Shown: positions 9,396 through 19,811, counted from the stretch's first letter. The stretch is DNA of 64,000 nucleotides from an uncultured cyanobacterium (GCA_963793265.1 CAWBZI010000004.1:1-64000); one strand, 5' to 3'. Notes: generated by a model not told the origin, from the sequence alone. Numbers and translations are program-made.

Positions 9396-10981
9396 GTAGA
9401 CACCTTTGCAACTGCGCCGCTACGACGCGGGTCGCCTGCTCCCTGCAAGTCTCCTTTTTCATCTATGCCGACTGAATGAACACCACCAAAAAACATGTTG
9501 GACTGCTGCCATCGTAGGATACGGTCGGTTCCGAGCTGCGCGAGTTCAGCCGCATTCGCTTCGCACTCTAGTCCCGGTTCTAGATGAAATACGCCGTTTT
9601 CCCAGTGAATGCGCGAGGCTTCTACGGCTTGATCTAACGGCATTTGAAAGTCTACAACGTTGGAAATTACCTGCAAAATGGCCGTCCGAATGCGATTTGA
9701 TCCGCCTGAGCCTAAGACAAGCTGCGGCTTCTCACCTTTCAAGATCATAGTGGGGGCCATCATTGATGACATCCGTCGATTGGTAGGCCACTGATTGAAC
9801 CCGTGAGGGTTTAAGTCTTCTTCGCCTAGCATGTTGTTCATCATAATTTGAGTGCCCGGAACCACGTAAGATGAGCCCTCGCCGTTGGAGGTGGTGATGC
9901 TAGCAGCGTTGCCTTCGTCGTCTAAAACGCTGATGTGGGTGGTGCTGCCCCATCGGTTGATGCACTGAGCAGCTAGTGATTCTAGCGGCTGAGCGTATTT
10001 TTTGATGAGGTTGGAAGAGAGAAATTCCCTGGTGACGTTAGAAGAAAATAAGCTGTTGTCTAGGTGCGATCGCCTCGCCTCATTTGTCCATCGCATCGCC
10101 TGCGACAGCAGTGATAAATGTTCTTGAGAACCAAACTCCATCTGTTCTAAATCAAACTTATCCAACAGCTCTAAACAAAAAGCAATCAGCGCGCCGCCTG
10201 CGCTTGGGGGTGGATTGGTGGTGATTTGGATGCCGCGATAGTTTATGGACAGGGGCGATCGCTCAATCACCTCATACTTCTTAAAGTCTTCTAGTTTTAC
10301 GAACCCACCATTCTCTTGAGAATCTTGCACCGTCTTTTGTGCAATCTCTCCTTCATAGAACGCTTGCAGTGCTTTCTCATCGCCTAAGCTTGCCAAATGC
10401 TCTAGCGTATCTGCGAACGCTGGCATCTGTAGGCGATCGCCCTTCTTCAACCGCTCTCCCTGCGGCGCATAAATCTCTCTTGCCCCGGCTGTCGCAATCA
10501 AGATTGGCTCCAAAAGCTGGTAGCAATAAGCCTGAAAGGGCGTGACGATCACACCTGAACGCGCACAATTCACGGCAGGTTCTACCACCACACTCAGCGG
10601 CAGTCGGCCCAGCTTTTTGTGTACTGTTAGCAAACCGGCAAATACGCCTGGTACGGCAATAGAGGCTAGGCCAATGTGAAACTCTTGAATGGCGTCGCCA
10701 AAGTTCGCTTCGATAGGATAGAAATCGGGCTGCTGGCAGTTGGGCCACTTTGAAGTGCGATCGCCCGGCGTTTGCGTAAAAAAGTCGAACAGCGTATTTT
10801 TGCCATCGTTCCTATGCGCCAGCAAAAAGCCACCGCCGCCCAAAGAAGTCAACGTTGGCTCTACGACACAGGCCATAAAAGTTGCGGCTACAGCAGCATC
10901 AAATGCATTGCCACCCGCCTGCAAAATAATTCGTCCGGCTTCAGCCGTTTGCTCGTGCCCTGCTGAAACCACACCGGCCAT
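9392..10981 (-). CDS. ggt: gamma-glutamyltransferase
   Basis: GGNAFDAAVA, LGGGGF, catalytic STTHISVLD, SSMMAPT, GSGGSNRI and GDPRR motifs. Confidence 0.92.
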   Translation of the reverse strand: MAGVVSAGHEQTAEAGRIILQAGGNAFDAAVAATFMACVVEPTLTSLGGGGFLLAHRNDGKNTLFDFFTQTPGDRTSKWPNCQQPDFYPIEANFGDAIQEFHIGLASIAVPGVFAGLLTVHKKLGRLPLSVVVEPAVNCARSGVIVTPFQAYCYQLLEPILIATAGAREIYAPQGERLKKGDRLQMPAFADTLEHLASLGDEKALQAFYEGEIAQKTVQDSQENGGFVKLEDFKKYEVIERSPLSINYRGIQITTNPPPSAGGALIAFCLELLDKFDLEQMEFGSQEHLSLLSQAMRWTNEARRSHLDNSLFSSNVTREFLSSNLIKKYAQPLESLAAQCINRWGSTTHISVLDDEGNAASITTSNGEGSSYVVPGTQIMMNNMLGEEDLNPHGFNQWPTNRRMSSMMAPTMILKGEKPQLVLGSGGSNRIRTAILQVISNVVDFQMPLDQAVEASRIHWENGVFHLEPGLECEANAAELAQLGTDRILRWQQSNMFFGGVHSVGIDEKGDLQGAGDPRRSGAVAKVST

Positions 10982-11065
10982 AAATGCTCTTCCTTAAGGG
11001 CCGCGCCCAAAACCTAGATCCTTGTGAACTCTACCAAATTCAGCCGGATACTGATTTTAATCAGC

Positions 11066-11085
11066 TATAATAGTACATTAGATCT
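11066..11085 (+). promoter_or_regulatory. -10 box with adjacent LexA-box-like sequence
   Basis: TATAAT at 11066-11071 followed by AGTACATTAGATCT, one mismatch to RGTACNNNDGTWCB. Confidence 0.35.
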
Positions 11086-11178
11086 ATAGCCATTCTTTAA
11101 ATAGCGTCCGACAAATCGGGTGATAATTTAGAGTGAAAGGCAACAGCTCAAGCAGTTACAGCAGGAATTTCGTGTCAA

Positions 11179-11943
11179 ATGGCTATTATCGCTCTCAAGG
11201 CTTGGTATCTCGATAATTATGAACCTATCCGTGAGCTGGAAAACCGGCCTCATGATCTGCGGCTAGCTAAAAATAGTTTGCTCAAGTCTGCGCTACGGGC
11301 TGATTTTTTGGAGCCTGCTGAAGAGGTAAAAGAGGCTGAGTGGTTTCAGCGCTACTTGGAGGGTGATCGCGTTGAGTTTTATGTAGAAGGGAGTGGGACG
11401 TATGCGATCGCCAACATCGATCTGATCAGCCACGAAATCTACTTTGCCAAGCAAGACTCGCTAGCGAACCTCGATCCCACTATTTTTCTCAGCTATCAAA
11501 CCGAATACACCGACTCTAGCGATTTGCTGCGCGAAGAAGTTGAAGCGTTTGTGAAAAAGTTCAATAATAAATCGCGACTGCCCGTTTCGCTGGTGGAATC
11601 GAACCGGCTAAGTCAGGGCGCGGTGAAGGTCAACAGCAGCCTGATGCGGCAGATTAGGCGATCGCTCCTATATATTGCTGACTGCACGCCGATTTTGGGT
11701 ATTGACGGCACGCCGCCTCAGCTTGTGCCAAGCCCAAAGGTTTGTGTAGAAATGGGCTATGCCTTACAGTGCAAGCGTTCTGAGCAAATTATTCTGGCTC
11801 AAATGGAGCGCTCAGATCTGCCCGGTCAGTTTCCATTCGATACGCCAACGCAAAACCGTTTGGGCTTTACCAAAAAGGCTGAACTACACAAGGAACTGCC
11901 TCAGCTATTGCAGGAGCGGTTGCAGCGATTCAATTTGACCTAA
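11179..11943 (+). CDS. conserved hypothetical protein with C-terminal TIR/nucleoside-deoxyribosyltransferase-like domain
   Basis: IFLSYQ...IRRSLLYIADCT...PSPKVCVEMGYAL...IILA...FPFD pattern. Confidence 0.7.
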   Translation: MAIIALKAWYLDNYEPIRELENRPHDLRLAKNSLLKSALRADFLEPAEEVKEAEWFQRYLEGDRVEFYVEGSGTYAIANIDLISHEIYFAKQDSLANLDPTIFLSYQTEYTDSSDLLREEVEAFVKKFNNKSRLPVSLVESNRLSQGAVKVNSSLMRQIRRSLLYIADCTPILGIDGTPPQLVPSPKVCVEMGYALQCKRSEQIILAQMERSDLPGQFPFDTPTQNRLGFTKKAELHKELPQLLQERLQRFNLT

Positions 11944-12041
11944 CCAGAAAGCCTACTCATCAAAAAATATCTTCCTAACCTGAGAGTTTTCGCATCCATC
12001 AACCAATACTAATTTCATTGATTTGAAACTCAGGTTGTCAT

Positions 12042-12296
12042 ATGCCCAGAACCCCCAGCGAATACGTCGTCCACATTGCTTTTGACGGCGGGCACAAAGA
12101 AGAAGTGCGCTTCACGACCATTCAAGATTTTCAAAAGTGGTACAGCGACAAGCTCATGCCAAAAGCAACTGCTGAAGAATTTATCAACGTGCCGATTCCC
12201 AAGATTAATCCTGGTGAATATATGGTCATTCGCCCCGCTCGCGTGGCCTGCATTCGCGTAGAGCCGATCTTTAACTCCAGCGTGGAAAGGTATTAG
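12042..12296 (+). CDS. small cyanobacterial hypothetical protein
   Basis: 84 aa, ATG start, GHKEEVRFTTIQDFQKWY. Follows the 11179 gene. Confidence 0.75.
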   Translation: MPRTPSEYVVHIAFDGGHKEEVRFTTIQDFQKWYSDKLMPKATAEEFINVPIPKINPGEYMVIRPARVACIRVEPIFNSSVERY

Positions 12297-12335
12297 CCGG
12301 TCTTGGTAGTCAGGCGATCTCCGCTTAAAAGTCCT

Positions 12336-12370
12336 ATAGCCCTGAGTGTCGAACCGATGCCTGGGGCTAT
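12336..12370. terminator. hairpin between convergent genes
   Basis: ATAGCCC...GGGCTAT stem. Confidence 0.4.
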
Positions 12371-12387
12371 TTGCTGTGCGATCGCTT

Positions 12388-12987
12388 CTACACCTTGCCT
12401 GCAAAAAACTGATCAGCACTCAGTATTAAATCTGGGAAAGCAGTGCACACAATCTTTGATTCGCCGCTATAAACTGCCTCTTTGTAAACCTCGTCTACCA
12501 GCGTTAGAACGGTTACCTGCTGCCGATGCGGATCGATGATCCAATACTCAGGAATTTGCCAGTCTTGGTACTGCTGACGCTTCCAAACGTAGTCCCGTAA
12601 GTAGTTATCGCTCTCTTCGTTACCAGGGCCAACGACCTCAGCGACAAATGCGGGCGCTGGCATTCCTAGCGTGATTGCCTGCTTCGCTTTTTCTAAGTGC
12701 TCGGGCCGAATAACCATTAAATCAGGCTTGCGGTTGACACGCTGATTGCCAACAGGATTGACCTGAATTTCTTTGCTGCCAGTGCGAACAAACTCAAAAA
12801 ACGAATACCCCTTAATCTTCAGTAAGGTCGCAAATAGAAAGTTAGCTAGCCAGAGATTCCCATCGTCTTCGCTGGGCACTTCTACCACCTCACCTGTAAC
12901 GAGCAGGCGATAGTTTTTCTCAGGCTGTAGCTGCTCATCATCTAGATATGCCTGGTAGCTTGCGTAGCGTTGCAGTGTGTAAGTCAT
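12388..12987 (-). CDS. Uma2 family (DUF820) endonuclease
   Basis: RKPDLMV, FVAEVVGPG, DYVWKRQQY and IPEYWIIDP motifs. Confidence 0.9.
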   Translation of the reverse strand: MTYTLQRYASYQAYLDDEQLQPEKNYRLLVTGEVVEVPSEDDGNLWLANFLFATLLKIKGYSFFEFVRTGSKEIQVNPVGNQRVNRKPDLMVIRPEHLEKAKQAITLGMPAPAFVAEVVGPGNEESDNYLRDYVWKRQQYQDWQIPEYWIIDPHRQQVTVLTLVDEVYKEAVYSGESKIVCTAFPDLILSADQFFAGKV

Positions 12988-13194
12988 GGGTATTGGCCTT
13001 ACAAATATCGAATATCAAGGCGTAATGCTTTTTAATTTTGGTTGCCTCTTAAGTCCACAATAGCGTTTTGGCATGAACGCAGCAGCGATTGTGACAGCTA
13101 GCGTGGGTGCACCCTCACACCCTCGTAGTGATATCGCTAAGGTATAGGCTCTGTAAGGTAGCTTTGAGTGCTTCCTTTGCAAGCCTTTTTTCGG

Positions 13195-14421
13195 ATGTTA
13201 GCCAAAAGCCAGTTAATCAAAAGCTGGTCAGTATTGTTTGCGATAGGGCTTGTGATCGCCCTCACCCTACCGCCCCACCCCACACACGCAAACGAACCGC
13301 CTGACCCGGCTGAACTTACAGAAATAGAGGCCACCCAGCTCCCAATACCGCTGGTTATTGATAACGCGCCCCTGTTAAGCCCAGACGCTCAGCTTTTTGG
13401 CACAGAATTTGCCGCAGGTGACCGGCAAGCGCTACTGGCTGCTATAGACAATAGCCTTGCCTACCTGCGCACACCAAAATCTATTGGAGCCTATCGAGAC
13501 TACGCGGTTGAAGGCATCACTTACCGCCGAGTGCGCCGTAGTCTTCATCGCTTCCGCATGCTGGTGCTCCAGAGTCAGTCGGCTGAAGAACTACAGCAGG
13601 CCGTGGTTGAAGAATTCGATTTTTACAAATCTATCGGCCAGGACGAACAAGGCACTGTTGCGTTTACAGGATACTTTGAGCCCACCTACGCAGCTAGCCT
13701 GACGCCAGATGACACCTATCGCTATCCCATCTATAAAAGTCCGCCTGATTTAGATCAGTGGACTGAGCCGTACCCTACTCGGCTAGAGCTAGAAGGGGCT
13801 GATGGATTGCAGGCCGATCAGGGGCCGCTGGCAGGGCTAGAACTTGCCTGGCTACCTGAGCGAATAGAAGCTTTTTTAATTCAGGTGCAGGGCTCGGCTC
13901 GGTTAGAACTTACTGACGGGAGTACGCTCTCTGTCGGCTATGACGGGCGCACTGATTATCCCTATACCAGCATGGGCCGGGAGCTGATTGACGATGGCAT
14001 TATTCCAGAAGACGAGCTTTCTTTGCCGGTTTTACTCAACTATTTTGAGCAAAATCCTGAGGCGCTAGACAGCTACTTACCACGTAACAATCGCTTTATC
14101 TTTTTTAGAGAGACAGATGGTGCCCCTGCTACCGGAAGCCTTGGTTTCCCAGTGACAGCAGGTCGCTCTATTGCTACAGATAAGTCGGTGATGCCGCCGG
14201 GTGCGATCGCGCTCATAAATTTACCGCTGCCCCAAAGAAACCAAAACGGGGAACTTTCCGTCATCGATACTAGCCGGTTTGTTTTGGATCAAGACACAGG
14301 CGGCGCAATTAAAGGTGCCGGACGTGTAGACCTCTTCATTGGAACAGGTCGTGAAGCTGGTGAAGTGGCTGGATTAATTAACGATAAGGGTGAACTTTAC
14401 TACCTATTGCTAAAAGAATGA
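13195..14421 (+). CDS. mltA: membrane-bound lytic murein transglycosylase A
   Basis: FTGYFEP, QVQGS, YTSMGR, RFIFF, SIATD and DQDTGGAIKGAGRVDLF motifs. Confidence 0.92.
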   Translation: MLAKSQLIKSWSVLFAIGLVIALTLPPHPTHANEPPDPAELTEIEATQLPIPLVIDNAPLLSPDAQLFGTEFAAGDRQALLAAIDNSLAYLRTPKSIGAYRDYAVEGITYRRVRRSLHRFRMLVLQSQSAEELQQAVVEEFDFYKSIGQDEQGTVAFTGYFEPTYAASLTPDDTYRYPIYKSPPDLDQWTEPYPTRLELEGADGLQADQGPLAGLELAWLPERIEAFLIQVQGSARLELTDGSTLSVGYDGRTDYPYTSMGRELIDDGIIPEDELSLPVLLNYFEQNPEALDSYLPRNNRFIFFRETDGAPATGSLGFPVTAGRSIATDKSVMPPGAIALINLPLPQRNQNGELSVIDTSRFVLDQDTGGAIKGAGRVDLFIGTGREAGEVAGLINDKGELYYLLLKE

Positions 14422-14623
14422 AGGCTTTTGTTGTGAGTGCTAAATAAGCCAATTAAAAAGCGTCTCACCCGTGTTTCCACACACAACTTGCTCCGTTTAT
14501 GAATAATTCGTGTCATGAAGTGCGTATCTTCACACAAAAGCGATGAACTTCATGTAATATTTATATCAATTCGAGCGATATGCATTGTTAATTGCTCGGA
14601 TCCTATTAGCTGGCATCTATCAG

Positions 14624-14740
14624 TCAATGCGGCCTGAGGCAACGCCTTTAAGGGCCCACTCACTGAGTCTCTTACTCAATTTTGCTTCTACCCTGTTTAT
14701 CTTCAGTCCAACGCAGCTTCAGTAGCTGCGTTCGCATTGA
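14624..14740 (+). ncRNA. putative structured RNA or leader (four-way junction)
   Basis: Closing stem TCAATGCG/CGCATTGA encloses three hairpins. Confidence 0.35.
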
Positions 14741-14806
14741 GGTATCAGGCATTACAAAAACCATCACGATTCCTTAATAAGGAACCCAAGAGGAAACACA
14801 ATAGCC

Positions 14807-15052
14807 GTGCCAAAGCCTTGTAGTAGACCCCTTACGCCTAATCCATTTGAAACGTACCGAGATCCCGTTACGGGTCGATGGTCAGTAAGATATCCGACCA
14901 GTGCGATCCCAGCTATTCCTGAACCAGCCGCAAGTGAGTCGTCTGCTCTGGTTAAAGTAGAAGAAGACGCTGTTAAACGCTTTCCACTGGCGGAGACGAT
15001 GCCTGTGCGCAGACGCTGGGAAGATCCGGCTCGTCGGACTAAGGTTGCTTAG
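14807..15052 (+). CDS. small hypothetical protein
   Basis: GTG start after AAGAGGAAA. NPFETYRDPVTGRW motif. Confidence 0.6.
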   Translation: MPKPCSRPLTPNPFETYRDPVTGRWSVRYPTSAIPAIPEPAASESSALVKVEEDAVKRFPLAETMPVRRRWEDPARRTKVA

Positions 15053-15075
15053 CGTTGCATCCGAAGTTAGAGGTG

Positions 15076-16092
15076 TTAGCTGTAAAGCAGTAGCCATACG
15101 CCGCTGAGGGCAATGATTGCGCCTAGTGTGGCGCGCCAGGTAATGCGATCACCCAGCAAAGCCGCCATGGGTAATACAAACAGCGGGCTTGTCGCCAACA
15201 GTGCTTGAGCAATGCCCGCTGCTGTATATTTCAGCGAAATTTGCTGTAGCCAGATACCTAAGTAGGTGCCAAAGAAAGCCGCCATGCCAACACCTAGCAG
15301 TAGTGACGGTGTTTTGAGCGCGTAGATACTTTGCTGTAGGCGATACGGCCAGTTGACTCTCGAATTGTCGGACTCTCTGCTGCTAGCTTTACGATTGAGC
15401 TGAGGGTTGACCGCTTCGTATTCACCAAGTCGATGCGGCTGAAGTAGGGTGATCGCACCCATAAAAACCATGCCAGCAAGCAGCCTCAGCAAGCTACTCC
15501 ACAGCGGATCAACGACCGTATCAGCGAGTGCTGCCCGAGAAAGCACAGCGCCTGACGCCTGACAAAATACGGCTAATAGCGCGACTTTAATACCAGCCCC
15601 TTGCTTTGTATGATCGGTTCCAGGTGTGCGCTCGCTAATTACCCAGGCAATTCCAATCAGCGTTAGCAGCATTCCTATTATCGATAGCAAAGAAAGCTTT
15701 TCTGATAGAAATATCCAGGCCAATATGGCGGCAACAGGTGGCGCTAACGTCTCTAATAAGAGCGCTTTGCGAACGCCTAATGTATTAATAGCTGAGAAAT
15801 AGGCCGTATCGCCTAAGCCAATGCCAATGCCGCCGCTCAATAGTAGGTAGACAGTTGCTATCCCCGTTTGTGAAGGAAGCGTGAAGCTGTCGCCGCCTAT
15901 TGCGGATTGAGCGAGCAACGTTACGGCAATAAAGCATAGCGCAAACGTGCCTTTAACTAGGTTTAGAACGAGGGGCGATAGCTGTTTGCCGAGCTTGCCG
16001 AACATCAGCGTTGCAGCCGCCCATAAAAAAGCCGCTGTCAGCGCAGCCGCTTCACCCACAAACGCACCGCCATTCACTATTGTTAAGTTCAT
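15076..16092 (-). CDS. DMT/EamA family transporter
   Basis: About 10 TM segments, two EamA halves (GEAAALTAAFLWA; LATSPLFVLP). Confidence 0.9.
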   Translation of the reverse strand: MNLTIVNGGAFVGEAAALTAAFLWAAATLMFGKLGKQLSPLVLNLVKGTFALCFIAVTLLAQSAIGGDSFTLPSQTGIATVYLLLSGGIGIGLGDTAYFSAINTLGVRKALLLETLAPPVAAILAWIFLSEKLSLLSIIGMLLTLIGIAWVISERTPGTDHTKQGAGIKVALLAVFCQASGAVLSRAALADTVVDPLWSSLLRLLAGMVFMGAITLLQPHRLGEYEAVNPQLNRKASSRESDNSRVNWPYRLQQSIYALKTPSLLLGVGMAAFFGTYLGIWLQQISLKYTAAGIAQALLATSPLFVLPMAALLGDRITWRATLGAIIALSGVWLLLYS

Positions 16093-16156
16093 ACCCGCTC
16101 TAGAATGATGTGGCCTCAGCTATCATCGCCTATCGGCCTAGCTCTATTAAGTAGAT

Positions 16157-17215
16157 ATGTCTGTCAATACGCTTTTACCCATTGCTGATGCCGATGCTGC
16201 CCAAGTAGTGCTTTCTAATGAGATGCGATCGCACCTTCGCACTCCACTTCAAATTGGCAATACCACGGTCAACAGCCGCGTTCTGCAATCACCGCTCTCT
16301 GGCGTTACCGACAAAGTATTTCGCAGGCTCGTTCGCCGTCATGCGCCTAGCTCGATGATGTATACCGAAATGGTGAGCGCTGCTGAGCTAAAGCATCTGC
16401 GCCAGCTTCCTGAAGTGATGGATATTGATCCTGATGAAGGGCCGATTAGTATTCAGCTATTCGATCGCCGCCCTGATTTTTTGGCTGAAGCTGCTTGTAA
16501 AGCTGTAGCGCAGGGGGCAGACACGATCGATATCAACATGGGCTGTCCGGTAAATAAGATTACGAAAAATGGTGGCGGCTCTTCTTTGCTCCGCGATCCA
16601 GATACGGCTGTTCAAATTGTCGAAGCCGTTTGCGGCGCTGTCTCGGTGCCTGTGACGGTGAAGACCCGGATTGGCTGGGATGACGAGGCGATTAACGCGG
16701 TTGAGTTTGCGCTGCTGATGGAGTCGGCGGGGGCGAAGATGCTGACGCTGCACGGGCGGACGCGATCGCAGGGCTATAACGGGACGGCTCGCTGGGACTG
16801 GATTGGGAAGGTAAAGGCGGCGCTAACGATTCCGGTGATTGCGAACGGGGATATTTTTTCAGTGGAGTCTGCCCTGCGGTGCTTGGCACAAACAGGCGCA
16901 GACGGCATTATGTGCTCAAGAGGAACGCTGGGCTATCCGTATTTGGTGGGCGAAATTGACCACTTTTTGAAGACGGGCGATCGCCTTCCTACCCCCGGCC
17001 CAGTTGAGCGGCTTGAATGTGCCCGTGAGCATTTGATTATGCTGTGGGAATACAAGGGCATCCGCGGCATTCGTCAGGCCCGTAAGCACATGGCCTGGTA
17101 TGCCAAGGACTTTGCTGGAGCGGCTGAACTGCGCGATCGCCTTTACCGAACTGAGTCGGTAGAGCAGGGATGTCAGTTGCTTGATGCCGCGATTACTCAG
17201 TTAAAGGCCAGTTGA
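16157..17215 (+). CDS. dusB: tRNA-dihydrouridine synthase
   Basis: SPLSGVTD, YTEMV, DINMGCP, VTVKTRIGWD, HGRT and IANGDI motifs. Confidence 0.93.
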   Translation: MSVNTLLPIADADAAQVVLSNEMRSHLRTPLQIGNTTVNSRVLQSPLSGVTDKVFRRLVRRHAPSSMMYTEMVSAAELKHLRQLPEVMDIDPDEGPISIQLFDRRPDFLAEAACKAVAQGADTIDINMGCPVNKITKNGGGSSLLRDPDTAVQIVEAVCGAVSVPVTVKTRIGWDDEAINAVEFALLMESAGAKMLTLHGRTRSQGYNGTARWDWIGKVKAALTIPVIANGDIFSVESALRCLAQTGADGIMCSRGTLGYPYLVGEIDHFLKTGDRLPTPGPVERLECAREHLIMLWEYKGIRGIRQARKHMAWYAKDFAGAAELRDRLYRTESVEQGCQLLDAAITQLKAS

Positions 17216-17412
17216 GAAGGCTGACTGCAAAAGACACCTGAAAGAGTGAGAATATAAGAGGATAAGAACAGGGACGGTTTTACACCAACGCTGTCTATTG
17301 CACAAGCGTGTTATAACGATTACCGAAGCGTGCGGTTGTCCAAATCACACTTACTAGCAGACATATCGCAGGCATTTGCAACCTTTATTCGTCGTTCGAG
17401 ACTTCTACTACT

Positions 17413-18066
17413 ATGACTTCTTACGCCAGTTACACTTCACCTAGAGCCGATATTGGTGAACTACGTCGGCTGAGGAGTTTGCTGCCCCCTGAACTGCAAA
17501 GCTGGGTGACGGTAGAACCTGCTACTGATGTTGCCCCACCGCTGATTACCTGCGAGGAGCTAGGCCGCGATCAGGTAGAGGTGCAAATTGATCTGACGAA
17601 GTGGGAGCAGCTTGCTATCGATCAGCGTAATCTGCTGTTCTGGCATGAGGTGGCGCGGGTTCAAAGCGATACGATTCCGCGTGACGGTTGGGAGATGGCG
17701 GCGCTGGCGATTGGTTTGGGTGGCGCAGTTGGTGAGCTGTGGGTGCAAGATGGTTTGCTGCTGCTATTGGCGATGGGCCTGTGCGGGGTTTCGGGCTGGC
17801 GTTTGTTTAAGCGCAATAATGGTCAAAAGACGCTGCAAGAATCGATTGCTGCTGATGAAAAGGCGATTTCGATTGCAACTCGGTTTGGCTATACGCTGCC
17901 AAATGCCTATAAGAGTTTGGGCAGTGCGCTGAAGACTTTGATTGAGCAGACGCCTAAGAAAAAGCAGCGCGATCGCTACATTCGCCGGTTGGAGGCGCTA
18001 AAGAAAAGTGCTAACCGAGCTAAGCAGCAGGTTAAAGGTGGCGGCGAGCCGCGGCCTTCTTACTAG
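17413..18066 (+). CDS. DUF3318 family protein
   Basis: ELRRLRSLLPPELQSWV, LLFWHEVAR and IPRDGWEMAALAIGLGG motifs. Confidence 0.8.
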   Translation: MTSYASYTSPRADIGELRRLRSLLPPELQSWVTVEPATDVAPPLITCEELGRDQVEVQIDLTKWEQLAIDQRNLLFWHEVARVQSDTIPRDGWEMAALAIGLGGAVGELWVQDGLLLLLAMGLCGVSGWRLFKRNNGQKTLQESIAADEKAISIATRFGYTLPNAYKSLGSALKTLIEQTPKKKQRDRYIRRLEALKKSANRAKQQVKGGGEPRPSY

Positions 18067-18090
18067 CGCTACGAGCTAATAGATTTTGAG

Positions 18091-18119
18091 AGGCCCAGTG
18101 CATTAAATGTGCTGGGCCT
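18091..18119. terminator. bidirectional terminator-like hairpin
   Basis: AGGCCCAG...CTGGGCCT between convergent genes. Confidence 0.6.
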
Positions 18120-18140
18120 TATTTAGCTGGGCCAAATGCT

Positions 18141-19301
18141 CTATGGATTGACAGCTTGAGCGATCGCCTTTGCCAGCGCTGCGTCGTCTAGTGCGGAATC
18201 GATGAACTGGTAGCTGATTTGGTTAGGATCGGCGTCGATTTGCGCTGAGGATTGTTGGGTGCGATCGCCCACTATCACAAGCGGCGGCCCCTGTCTGGGC
18301 CGATAAACGCTTATTTGCCTAACTGCTAGCTCAAAGGGGCCAGGCTTAAAGTTTGGGTTGAGCTGGCGGTCGTATTCAAACTTACTCAACATCAGTTGCA
18401 GAGAAAATACCTTTTGTGGGTCAAAAGCCGGTGCCTCTGGCATAGAGCGGGCTCTGAAAGTCGCGACCATCTCATCGAATGGAATATCAACGACGATCCA
18501 CTCACCTGCTACCGTGTCAAACCCGTAGATGTAAGCAGGGCTATCCCATCCGTCACTGTTGCGAGCAATAAACTTATAGCGCTGCCCGTCTCCCTTCACG
18601 CGCAGCCGCATCCCTTGCCAGCCAGAAAGATTAAAAGGCGGCTCGAAATTTTTCGTTCTCACTGACGAAAACCCACCCGAATTATCTGTCGAGACATTGC
18701 CTGCGAAAACGGCCTGTCGGTCGCCTTTTTGATCTGCCTGTGCCGCCCTCACGAAAAAGCTGCCCTGGCTAACACCGCCCATCACTACATCATCTAGAGC
18801 GCCCCACATCAGCAGATCGTGATTTGTCATCGAAAAGTCAAAAACGCTCTGCTCAACAAAGTCTTTTATAGCAGGCTCTACTGCGCCCGATTGATCTTGG
18901 TAAAGCTGACTTATAGCGACTATGAGTGCTTCAGAGTCAGCGTTAGACACTGCAACTGTGGTATCTACTGACCGGACGAGTTTTTTTAGCTCAGAAGACG
19001 TAATACCGGCATGTACATCGGAAATATCAGAATCATCTTTCTCGTGGGATGAAGCGTGAAGCAGTAGATCGACGGAGGGCGATAGATTCTCCTGTAAAAA
19101 AGTCAAAAGTTTGGAGGAACAATTACCTAGAATAATGACTCTCCTTTTCATAACACTCAGGGTTACGCCAGGGGCCGTAGTGTTCTTTCCTAGCAACTGC
19201 TGCGCCCACCGAAAACTTCCTAAAAAAGGAATTTCTCCAAAGTAATTAAGGGTTTTCAAAAACCTTGATGCATCCCACTGAGTTCGATTCTTCGTAGCCA
19301 T
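18141..19301 (-). CDS. CIA30 family protein
   Basis: WGALDDVVMGGVSQG, GGFSSVR, LRVKGDGQRYK and LMLSKFEYD motifs. Confidence 0.88.
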   Translation of the reverse strand: MATKNRTQWDASRFLKTLNYFGEIPFLGSFRWAQQLLGKNTTAPGVTLSVMKRRVIILGNCSSKLLTFLQENLSPSVDLLLHASSHEKDDSDISDVHAGITSSELKKLVRSVDTTVAVSNADSEALIVAISQLYQDQSGAVEPAIKDFVEQSVFDFSMTNHDLLMWGALDDVVMGGVSQGSFFVRAAQADQKGDRQAVFAGNVSTDNSGGFSSVRTKNFEPPFNLSGWQGMRLRVKGDGQRYKFIARNSDGWDSPAYIYGFDTVAGEWIVVDIPFDEMVATFRARSMPEAPAFDPQKVFSLQLMLSKFEYDRQLNPNFKPGPFELAVRQISVYRPRQGPPLVIVGDRTQQSSAQIDADPNQISYQFIDSALDDAALAKAIAQAVNP

Positions 19302-19811
19302 CGTTCATACTCCTTACTTTTTGCGAACTTCTACTAAAGCAACTGCCTAGAAATGTAAAAAATGCGTGAATGGTCTGAGTTTTCTAACGCGCCCATTGGG
19401 AATTAGTAAGCTGTGGTTGAAGTAACCATTAATACCTATTCAGTTTGCTCTACCTAGTAAGTTGTTAGCAGGAATACAGATTCTTGACCCCTTGATATCA
19501 GACGTTTTGCTTCTTGAGCGCGCTTGCTTGCGGTCGTTAGTGACTATCAGTATGAACCGCTAATAGAAGAACCCGAAACGATTACGGTCTTTATCTAATC
19601 TTTTAGAAAACTCACACATAAAACCCTCTCTCTCTAAAGATTAGCTGAAGCCGAGAAAATATTGATGGGTCAAACAGTGCACGAAGATAGGCTTAGTCGT
19701 GAATGACGATGATTTGATCCTCGGTGCTTCCCCGTATATCTGCTGCTAATAATTCAGTCTTTACGTTTCTCCGTATACCAGAAAACGCCTAGTTTAAAAG
19801 ATCTACCCTTC

